Positions 27,801 through 39,800 of a stretch of DNA of 64,000 nucleotides are shown one piece after another; position 1 is the stretch's first letter; each line of letters opens with the position of its first letter. Source of the DNA: Amphiscolops sp. MND2022. Its lineage: Eukaryota. Under the pieces are notes generated by a model, which was given only the letters and a program-made list of their open reading frames with translations, did no database searches and was not told the DNA's origin. The translations under genes were made by a program, and so were the position numbers. Where the stretch lies: contig OZ076409.1 of the NCBI GenBank assembly GCA_964187785.1, positions 23,686,001-23,750,000 of the forward strand, given 5' to 3'.

Positions 27801-30800
27801 AAGTCATTTCTGGACTTAACGTCCGTCTAACTACATTCATTGGTTGAAATCTAATTGGCTAAGATATTGCAAGAAAATTAGTTCAACTGGACCAAACAAA
27901 GGCGTAGTTAACCGCGTTTCCGTTAATACAACACAGTCAAATTATCCGTTTTTAGTTGGCGCTTTTCGTAGAAAACGCAGACTATAACAGTGACTTTTTT
28001 TCTTTTTTTAAAAGACCAACGAAGTGACAGACTTTATAAGCTTTATAAGCTGACTTGCACTCAACCTAACTGCCACACTACTTCTACTGCCATTTGGCAT
28101 AGAGGTTAATTAGGCTTTTTTGAGGTCTGACAAGCAGAAGGACGTGGGTTCGAGTCTCGCCCTTGACCAAAATTTTTTTTTGCACAAACTTTTTGCAAAC
28201 TTTTTCAATGTCTCCAAAGGTTCCCCCTTCATTTTTTCCTATTTTGCAACACAATGGTTGTTCGAAAAATCCCAAAGGGTCCCCCTTTTTACATTTTTCG
28301 GCACTATGCGACTTACCAGAAACTTCGAGAAAATTCAAAAAAATTGAAGTTTTTTTCCTCATTCGAGTACTGTAGAGGAGAATACTTGACACTTCGAAGT
28401 CCATTTGCTATTTTTGAGCCTTAGATATGGCGCCGACTTGGGCCGTTCCCGGCTTGTTTATCAGTAATTTACAACTCGAATAATACTGCACAGTACTGGT
28501 TGATGCTATAATGAAATGTAAAACAAAGTCTATACCTAAGCAAAAAAGATTAGCTTAATTTCTAAGAAAACGTTTCAACTGGTAAAGTGTAGTCTGCTGG
28601 ACATATATCTGGTCTTTCAGAAGGTAAGACGCGTGGGTGGGGGCATTGTGTGATCTCCTTCGGCGGGAAGGTAGTTTGTATTCACATCGCAGGCGGCCGC
28701 CTGAGGCACTATTCTGTGCGTTTTCTTTAAAAAAATAAAGTTCACTATAGGGAGAGTTTTTCAAAATTAGACCTTCATAGGTCAATTCGGTAATTTTTTT
28801 GTAGATACAAATAACTAAATAGTTCAACAACAAATAAGAAGTTCCTTAGCACCGTTTTCAAAAAACACATCCGTTTTTGAAAGTCACAAAATGGTCCGAA
28901 CATTGTTCAGTTTTCGACTGTAACATGCAATTTTGGTGCAAACTTTGAATGTTCTGATAGGTATTTCAACCCACAGAATTCAGCAATTAACAAAACCACT
29001 GAGCACAATATTTTGAAGGAAAAGTGAAACTATTTCTCTGAAAAACGGAAGCGTGGAAATGCGAACATATAAAATATTTAATCAAAGGTTTCCTGGCCAT
29101 GCTGATCATGATCTGGTCTACAAATGGCATCAATTAAATTTTCTTCCGATCTTGTTATTATCAAGCTGGAATTAAACTTTGCTAGAACTATGGTCTTTCT
29201 GGCATCATAAACGTCAACGATCCTCGTTATTAGCTGTCTGAAATCATGATGACATCCGGATTGCTTTAAAAAACATTTTGTGCAAAAAAACTACAACGAT
29301 TTGGAGCTATCACCTTGTGGAGCTGAAGACACAAAGGTGACTAGGCAACTTTCGACATTGCGTACTCAAACATATTTTGTTGACTTACCATCGTAGAATA
29401 TCGAGCGCAGTATAAAATAAACTATGTGACGTTCGCCCTATACAGTAGCGTCCTAAAATATCGCAACTCGATTGCTTAAAATATTAAAAAATCAACCCCC
29501 AATATCTCAAGAACTGTCTCAAATACAAAAATTAGTAATTAACAAAATTTTCTTCAAATTTATCTAGTTTACTAAAATGCTGGTTTGAAGTTTCTACGAC
29601 CCATATTGGGAAAGTTGGAAATTGCCAACTTTAGACATTTCTATCTGATCTTTGAGTTTTTTTCGAAAATTGAGTAGCCTTAAATCAAAAGTTCTGGAGA
29701 AGACTTTTGTTTGACGACTGTCTAATCTCCCGAACATTCTGAGTTGACCTGATTGAGAATTTGTTTTGAATTATAAAAATTACTTTTTCCTGTCTATTGA
29801 ACCCTGCAACCCATGTATCAAGATAGGCTATTAGAATTGTATTTAGATTTTTGATGGAAACTTTTTGAATCTGAAAAACATTCAAATAATCCTAACATTC
29901 CCTGGAAATTTGAGGACGTACATTTGGCCAAAAATTTTAGAAATATAAAATTTTTCTACTCCTTGAAAATTGAGAAAAAACTGTCATTAACTTGAAATTG
30001 TCAAACTTGATGACATTTTATCAAAATTTACAATTTCTAACTTCTGTATTTTTTGTCGCAGAATTTTCGAACAAACATAATTTTTTTCGAACTTTCGAAC
30101 ACAAGATATATGGATTTGAACTTTGAGCAATGGAGTTGTGTGCGATATCATTTTGGAACGCTACTTGATATTAATGGTTTGTTTCAGTTGTAACCGCTTT
30201 TCATGAACGTTTCTGCTTCATTCGACATCAATAAAGATTGAATCAGTATGAAATGTCGAAAAAGTAGATGTGATAAATAGTTCAGTTCTGTGGTCAAATT
30301 AGGATTTGTGTTGAAAATACTCAAAAATTTCATCATGGGTTTGCATCATAGATTGCTTTTTGGTGATTTGACATTCATTAAACTAAACGGATCATAAACT
30401 GATTCATGTATGGCTGAGATTTGGGTCAGTTTGCCGTCTGTAAGCATCGAATCGGTCATAAATGAATGTGACTGGGGGTTACATGTCAAAATCTCCTAAG
30501 TCAAAATCTCCTAAGTTAAAATCTCCTTGGTTAAAATCTCCCAAGTTAAAATCTCCTAGACCTAAATCTCCTAGGTCAAAATCTCCTAAAATTAGAATAA
30601 AAGAAACTCATCGAAAAACAGTTCGCCAATTGGAGTGAAGGTTTGCAATTACGTTTGAAAATGGTTGAAAATTGAGGTTTAAGTTGAGCCTTTGTTCCTA
30701 AGCGAACAGCTTTCCGCTTCAATTAAGTTAACTTAATTGAAGCGGAAAGCTGTTCGCTTAGGAACAAAGGCTCAACTTAAACCTCAATTTTCAACCATTT

Positions 30801-33800
30801 TCAAACGTAATTGCAAACCTTCACTCATTAGTCAATTATGTAATAATCTTTCAATGACTGTCTCAGCTTTTAATGCTTAATCAAAGTTACTTTCACACTA
30901 TGAAATTCAATTTAGGAGATTATGACCTAGGAGATTTAGGTCTAGGAGATTTTAGCCTAGGAGATTTAGGTCTAGGAGATTTTAACTTAGGAGATTTTAA
31001 CTTAGGAGATTTTGACCTGATACCAGAAAGTCAAGCTCCAATTTACAAAGGAGCTAATGGAAAACGATTTCCAGAAAGAGTGCTGATAGACTAAAACGAA
31101 GAAAACCAGACGCCTTGCAATTGATGTATATCTTGAAATTACAGCATGGTTGGAATAAAAATGTTTGATGGATGGCTATCTAGGTGAACAGCAAAAATAT
31201 TTAGTACTGCGTCATCTGTATTTTCAATGTTTTCAAATGTATTTAAATTTTCAATATTTGATACTTGATTTGATTTATAATATGGCAAATTGCTTCTTTA
31301 ACGAAAACCAGTAATATGGTCGAACTCAATCAAGCTTGGATGTTTTTCCAAGCGCTCCCAAAAATTGAATACAATAAAAATACCAAGCGCTCCCAAAAAT
31401 TGAAAACAATAAAAATATTGACTTGGAAGTTTCCCCTAGCTTCCATTTTGAAAAAAATGGAACATTGACATCAATAACAATTTTCTGGATATCTAACTGA
31501 AGTCGACAAAATTTGAACCTCAGACGAAATTGTTATCGTTTCTAACCTGTTGTAAATAGCGCGAGCACATTCACTGCTATCTTGATGAATTTTAAGAGCA
31601 AACAAAATCACTCCAACTGCTCCAAAGATAACAGCGGTGAGAATAGAACACACTATAGTCAGCGCTTTCTTGTTCTCGTGGAATTTCTGCATAGGATAAA
31701 CTGTTGTCATGTACCTGAAAAATTCGAATAAGGTAGACAGTACAAAACAGGAAATAGCTCAGGCTGTCCATCGTTGATTTTTAAAAATCTTGAAATGACG
31801 CAAAAAAAGACGCGATCAACTTTGATTTCTAAAAATATGTTTAGCTATTCTTCGAAAGAATAATTAGGGACTATCGATGGTGATGCATACATCTGTAGAA
31901 AGTTTTAAAAAATTTCAAACTTCAAAAAACGTTCCAAGTTTCAAAGATTGTAAGTGGCAGGAGCCCAGAGAAAAATTAAATTCAATAAAAATCTCTTTCT
32001 TTATTGCTCTGGATCGTCTCAGGTTGTAATTTTTTGGCATAAGAATTGCAATCTGGCTTAATTCAATCTGACAAACAAAACATATGAGTTTCAATGAAAG
32101 TTTCCCATATAAAATTTACATTTCACAACTTGTTCATGATTCATCCCTTCAGAAGCGACAAAACAATCAAACCATGAGTTGAAACCATCGCTAATTGGAG
32201 TTTCCGCTATTTTCATTCTGTATTCTAGTAACCAATCCCTACATGCTTTAGTTTTTATCCGTCCCAAATCTTTTGTCATCAAATCGCCGTTGGCGTGTAC
32301 ACGAGATTTACTCTCCGTTTCTCGCAAAATTCACATATAAAAGTACTTTTGCTTGTAGTGTTATAAATGTTTTGATTTTCCATGATGCATGATGCACGGG
32401 TAATTACTCAGCGCTATGCTGGCTTGATTATCAACATACAAAAACAAATCAGCGCTCACACATGCAACAGTCACAACTTCAGCAGTTGATGTCGCCACGC
32501 TACCCTGAACCCTACTTGACCAGCTCACAGAGGCACACATATCACTCAATTTAAAACAGTTGCCAGATGTACACTTTCCATGATCTTCCTTGCTGGCCCT
32601 ATCAGCATCACAGAATGCTTCCAAAGAAACACCTTCGGGTCCTCTATTGTACACAAGCCGTCTGTCGCAATTCTATTACCGTACAGATGATTACGCTAAG
32701 CCGCTATGGAGCGTTGTTCACCAACGTTTTCACTAAAAGCGCTGCAGATAAGTGCAGCTTTTGCGATGTCAGTTTTGCTTGTCATTGACAGATAATTCAC
32801 GTTACCTACAAGACCTCTAAAGTCCTTGCTTGACATCGCAAACTGTTTTCTATACTACAAGACACTGGACACATTCTTTTGAACATTTTTTGTTTTGCTA
32901 TCATTGGTGTTGCTGTAGGCGCACAATCACACATTCCGACCTTTTCAAGTAGGTTCGTTTTGATTTTTCTTGACTGATACTGATTGAATCACTCTTCTAT
33001 CAATCTTCATGCCCAAAAACCAAACAAACGACCACAATCACTCCTTCGAAACCCTGTCATCACTTTTCGCTCAAACCAACAAAGGAATGAAAAACTCTTA
33101 CCACAGTAAAAGATGTCATGCACCCACACATAGGCTAAACAAATCACATTCAACATTCCTCCCAAACAGACAGCAATCTTGCAAACATGCAACAAATCCT
33201 AGGCTTTTAAAGCCTTAGTTCAAAAGAAATACCAGTTTCTTCCAGACTGCTTCAATCCATAACAGTTCTTTCGTAATTTCTAAACCAAAACATCTCAGGG
33301 TTTACTCGACACCTGCAACCCCCTCTTTAGGTCTTATAGAGTTCGTGGTCAACGTTGGCAGTGAAATACGTTGTTTTCAAGTTTTTTTGGCTTCACGCAC
33401 AAGTTCTTTTCATCTACAAGACATGAACGATCTCTCACCAGTTGGAAGACAAGCTGTAGGCGAGAAAGGGTCCTCAATGGAGTCCAATTTTTTCTTATGT
33501 TCCTTGACGTTGAGGGTTCATTAAGAGTGTCTAAACAAGGTTTCATTGGTTGATCGTCATTATACACGCCAATGCTGCAATATCGTGATTATGCTTTCTC
33601 TCGTCAACGTCATCAGTGACTCCCTGGCTATTTGATTCACTTGGTTACTGGCAAAATACATTTTATCTTCATTGAATTTCACACTCCTTGTTCCTATTCG
33701 TGATAGAAAACAGTTATCTTTAATACAAAAGGCTCAGTTTAATGCACATGACCAATTCTTTCTGATACCTCATTCTGAAGTGATCCAACCTGCTGCTTGT

Positions 33801-36800
33801 TGTGCTGATGACGGTTCCCTCGTTCTTTCAATCTTTCCTTTTTCCTCAGGGTGCATGGTGCAGATGTCTTAACACTTAATAGTTCAATTTGGCAAAACGA
33901 TTTGAAATCACAACACACAAGCTCCTTTGCTCCACCCGAACATATCAATCTTGGTCCGCCAATGTCCGCACAATATTCGTGGAGCTTCTCCGAACATTGT
34001 CCCATACTCGCAATAAAGTACACACGTCTTAAGCGCGAGAAGCTACTCGCAAATCTAATTGCATACTTGTGCCCATCAATGGAATGCTCTGCAATCGGAC
34101 CTAGAACATCTTTGTGCACTATATACATTACTTCAGTTGACCACGGTGTGACATATTCAGTAACATCCCTCCGTTTTGTTTTGTTCGTTTGAAATATCTC
34201 ACAAACCTTAACTGCATTTCCTTCCACAAACACTCCACAAGGGTCCACAAGATGGCAATGTCTCTTTTTATTGACGAATTAGGTACGTTTTAGTCTCTCA
34301 TGCCATCGTTTTAGAATAACAATTGTTCATCGCATATATTCCTTTGGTACATTCTAAATCAGGATTACTTACCAATTGCTAGAGTAACAGATTTTTGCTT
34401 GCTTCCACTTTAAAGCGTGATCAATCCTTGGTTTCCAAATATTGTGTGCTGGCAATGCGTAATTGCCCCTGACTGCTTAAGTTTGGCCGAAGGTAGCAAG
34501 TTTTGGCCCTTTTCAGAAGTAAACAGAGCATACTGTGTAGCGTAAAATCGCTTTTCTTCCATTATTCTGTTGAGCAAAGATTTCCATTCCACAAAATTAA
34601 CTGCCACTTTTTTTGGATAACGACTTGTTGACACATTCATGTCCACCGCAGTAATTTCTTTCCAAGAGGTAAACAAGTCCTTGTCTTCAATCACCTGAAA
34701 CAATCATACACACTCGCTGTCCTTTTTTCCTAGAAGTTTTAACATAATATTTTTTTCGTCAGGCTTCTACTAATTTATTCCCAACTTGAAACATCTAGCA
34801 ACTAACTGCCTCGCACCAAAACAGCAGACCAATTCCAATTAGTTTCACTTCGATTCGTTCTTATTGTCGCTCTCAAAGCTTCGCAGATTTTATTCCGGCT
34901 CCTCCATGACCTTTTCTTCTATGCAGAGCTTCGGAAGTGTAACAAAGGTATAGAACTCCTTCGGCAGTCCTTTCATTATCATGATGTTAACATGTTGTCG
35001 GTTCTGATCCTACTCGCTCTAACTTGAACTGATGTTCGTTTGCTTTCGTTGCACATTCACCTTTTGTTTGCGAAAATTCGTTTCGTTAACTAGTTGACTT
35101 TTCTACCAGGCACTGCAAAGAAGGGCTCTCAATGCCTTTGTATGTCTCAAAGAGAACGTTTCACGTTCTGGGCCAATCTCATTTGAAAGGTTTCAAGTAC
35201 AACACATGTACCAATTTGCATCAAACCATCTTTTACACCCTCGCCTCGAACTGTTCTTGAAGTTGAACAAACTTCTTCTCTTTTCCGCTAAATACAACTT
35301 GAGTCCGAGGTTACATTGTCAGGGTTGAAGTGGCCTAACAATTTTTCTGCCATCTTACAGAAAGTTTTTCTCGAGCACTCAAAGAAACTTAACTAAAGCT
35401 TCAAACTCACAAACAGACACTCAGTCAAACCAACAACAAACACAGGAAACACTCAATGTTGGCAGTAGACAATCATAGCAATTACGCAAGTGGTAAGTAA
35501 GCAATTCAGGAAATGAATACAATGGACTTCAGTTTCTAAAAATCCATCGTATCACATTTAAGGTTTTGTTTGTATTTCAGTATTTTCGTCCGTCGAACTT
35601 TTTAAAAACGAATAACATCAATGGAAATACCTGACAACAAGTGTTCAAATACAATTTCATTAAATGGTGTTTTTTTCAATTCAATTGAAAATTAATGAAT
35701 TTTCTTCAAAATATCTTGTACAAATTTTCCATTTTCAACTCATGAAAACTTGATTTTGTTTTCAAACTGTAGTTCAGAGTTATTCTAGTCTATGAAGTTT
35801 TCCAACTGAGGATGTTGATCCTGTTCCATAAACTGGACTGTTGTGAAGTATTTCCCAAAATCTCGAAAGGAAAGAACGATGTTTTCCTGAAATATTCTCT
35901 CCATTTCGATATCTTTTTGAAATGAATAGTAATGTTCTGGATTGTTTTTTCTATATATCCACTACTATATCCATAATATCGTGATTATGCTTTCTCTCGT
36001 CAACGTCATCAGTGACACTCTGGCTATTTTTTTCACTTGGTGACTGGCAAATTACATTTTATCTTGCATGAATTTTACACTCCTCGTTCCTATTCGTGAA
36101 AGAAAACAGTTATCTTTAACACAAAATGCTCAGTTTATTGCACCTGACCAATTCATTCTTACACCTCATTCTGAAGTGATCCAATCTGCTGCTTGTTATG
36201 CTGATGACGGTTCCCTCGTTCTTTCAATCTTTCATTTTTCCTCACGGTGCATGGTGCAGATGTCTTAACACTTAATAGCTCCATTTGGCAATACAAATTG
36301 AAATCACAACACACAAGCTCGTTTGCTCCACCCGAATATATCAAGCTTGGTTCGCCAATGTCCGCACAATATTCTTAGAGGTTCTCCAAACATTGTCCCA
36401 TACTCGCAATAAACTACACACGTCTTACGCGCCGGAAGCTACTTGCAAATCTAATTGCATAGTTGTGCCCATCAACGGAATGTTCGGCAATCGGACCTAG
36501 AACATCTTTGTGCACTAGATCCATTACTTCAGTTGACCTCGGTGTGACAGTTTTAGGAACATCCCTCCGTTTTGTTTGGTTCGTTTAAAATATCTCACAA
36601 ACCTTAACTGCATTTCCTTCCACAAACACTCCACAAGTGTCCACTAGATGGCAATGTCTCTCTATATTGACGAATTAGGTACGTTTTAGTCTCTCATGCC
36701 ACGTTTTAGAATAACAATTGTTCATCGCACATATTCCTTTGGTACATTCTAAATCAGGATTACTTACCAATTGCTAGAGGGACAGATTTTTGCATGCTTC

Positions 36801-39800
36801 CACTTTGAAGCGTGATCAATCCTTGGTTTCCAATTAATGTTTGCTGGCAAATGCGTAACTGCCCCTGACTGCTTACGTTTGGCCAATGCTAGCAAGTTTT
36901 GGCCATCTTCAAAAGTAAACAGAGCATCCTGTAGCGTAATATCGCTTTTCTTCCATTATCCTGCTGAGCAAAGATTTCCATTCCACTAAAGTAATTGCCA
37001 CTTTTTTTGGATAACGACTTGTTGACACATTCATGTCCACAGCAGTAAGTTTCATCCAAAGAGGTAACCAAGTCCTTGTATTCAATCACCTGAAACAATC
37101 ATACACACTCGCTGATCTAGCAAAGCTATAACATCATTTTAGAACACCTGAATTCGTCTTCTTTTTTATCTTCCACTTTGTCCCAACTCCCACTATCACG
37201 GACACAGTTTGAATTGTCCGTGATTCGCTTGGCTCTTCTTTTCCTCTAATTCACAACCCTTTGCCATATGTCTTTTTTTCCTAGCAGTTGTAACATAATA
37301 CTTTTTTCGTCAGGCTTCTACTAATTCATTCCCAACTTGAAAATGTAACAACTAACTGCCTCGCACCAGAACAGCAGGCCAATTCCAATTAGTTTCGCTT
37401 CGATTCGTTCTTATTGTCGCTCTCAAAGCTTCGCAGGATTTAGTCCAACTCCTCCATGAACTTTTCTTTTATGCAGAACTTCACAAGTGTAACAAAGGTA
37501 TAGAAGACTTTCGGCAGTCCTTTCATTATCATGATATTAACATTTTTTCCGTTCTCCTCCTACTCGCTCTAACTTGAACTGATGTTCGTTTGCTTTCGTT
37601 ACACATTCACCTTTTGTTTCGAAAATTCGTTTAGTTAACTGGTTAACTTTTCTACCAGGCACTGCAATGAAGGGATCTCAATGCCTTCGTATGTCTCACA
37701 GAGACCGTTTCACGTTCTGGGCCAATTTTATTTGGAAGATCTCAAGTACAAGACATGTACCAATTTGCACTAAATCATCTGATACAGCCTCGCCTCCAAC
37801 TGCTCTTGAAGTTGAACCAAGTTCTTTTCTTTTCCACTAAACACAACATGAGTCCAAGGTTACATTTTCAGAGTGGAAGTGGCCTAACAACTTTTCTGCC
37901 ATCTTACACAAAGTTTTTCTCCAGCAGTCAAAGAAACTTAACAAAAGCTTCAAACTCACAGACAGACACTCAGTCAAACCTACAACAAACAAAGGAAACA
38001 CTAAATGTAGGCAGTAGACAATCATAGCCATAACGCGAGTGGTAAGTAAGCACTTCAGGAAATGAATATAATGGAATTCAGTTTTTAAAAATTCATCGTA
38101 TCATCTTTAAGGTTTTGTTTGTTTTTCAGTATTTTCGTCCGTCGAACTTTTTAGGAACGAATATCATCAATGGAAATACCTGACAACAACTGTTAAAATA
38201 TAATTTCATTAAATGTTTTTTTTTTCAATTTAATTGAAGGTTAATAAACTATCTTCAAAATATCTTGTACAAATTTCCCATTTTCAACTCATGAATACTT
38301 GATTTTGGTTTCAAACTGTAGTTCAGAGTTATTCTAGTCTATGAAGTTTTCCAATTGAGGGTGTTGATCCTGTTCCAAAAACTGGACTGTTTTGAAGTAT
38401 TTCCCAAAATCTGGAAAGGGAAAGAACGATGTTTCCCTGAAATATTCTTTTCATTTCGATATCTTTTTGAATTGAATCCTTATGTTCTGGATTCTTTTTT
38501 TTCTCTTTTGGCTTACGGGAGGAATGTTTGTTTTTTGAACCATAACCTTTCAAACGGTGTAAAGGACAGGAACCCAGAGAAAAATGTGGTTGATTGAAGA
38601 CCTTTTTTGTTTTTGATTTGTATTGTCTCTAGTGTAATGTGTCATAACAATTGCATTCTGACTCCGTTCAATCTGACGAACCAAAAATATAGTTTCGATG
38701 GAAGTTTCCCCGATAGAGTTTACATTTCACAATTTGTTCCTGACTTTTTCGTTCAGTAGTGACAAAAATCGATCCATGAGATGAATCGGACAAACTATCA
38801 ATCCAGTTTACTGAAATTATTTGTTGTTTCAGTTTTTTGACCAATTTTTCATTTCCTAAAAATTTTGGGAGCAAATCCTGCAAAAAACACTTTGAAACTT
38901 CGTGTTCCCGTCTTTCGAGGTAAACTGGATAAAAATGTTTTGAGATTATCACCAGAATCTGGGCCATTAGTTCAGAATTCTATGACAGATATCAAAAAGT
39001 TTCTGTTGCTTCGTCTGAGTAAAAACTGAAGCATAGCAGAGGTGCTCGATTGCATAAAAGCCTCCGTATTGAGACTCAATGACATTCTTTTTATGGACAT
39101 TGATTGTCCATGGCATATCCATATGTGGCCAAACCGGTCCAAGCAGGGTCCACCGGTGGCAGCCAACGATTGTACTCCTGACTAGATTCAATAAATTCTT
39201 GAATTATGAATGGGCCTAGCTGAAAGATGACGATTTCAAAGTCCATATTGTACACGACGACAGCTAAGCACCGGTATATATTCCATCTTCTTACTTGACT
39301 ATTTCAGGTACTTGACTATTTTAGTTACTAGTAACTAAAATATTCAAGTAACTAAAGTCTCAACGATCTCCATCCACTACTTGAATATTTTTAGTTACTT
39401 GAAGTAAATAAAATAGTCAAGTAGTTGATGGGGATCGTGGTGATTTGGCAGAATACATTCTCAACATTTTCGAAACGAAGTATTTAATTGGGTCTGGTTT
39501 ACAGTGTCTCACGAAAATGTACCGAAAGATAACCAGAAAAAAATTACTTACCTGTATCCAAAACAAATATCTTTAGAAAAAAGCGGCTGAAAAACAATTG
39601 ATCAGCCAGTGCACCTTGAAAACAACTGCAGAGTACTCAGAGACGCAGGTGTGAAAGTCATTAAGAAAAAAACCACAGTGGCATTACCAACATTGCGAAC
39701 TCTGATAAAACATTGAGAAAGAACGCGCGGATTTGAAAATCGAAGATTTCAAGAGAATCGTTTGTTCAGGGGGAACAAGGTACAAATGGATTCCAGTTGA

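Noticed and set aside
28095..28169. Functional tRNA gene
   Set aside because: No convincing cloverleaf; embedded in a repeat family.
30873..31094. ORF with LGDF pentapeptide repeats
   Set aside because: It is the translation of the 15-bp tandem arm of a foldback element, mirrored on the other strand.
39547..39590. Strong donor CAG|GTAAGT on minus as an extra GPCR exon
   Set aside because: Lies inside the Tc1 remnant and would break the FRY motif; exons 3 and 4 already join cleanly.
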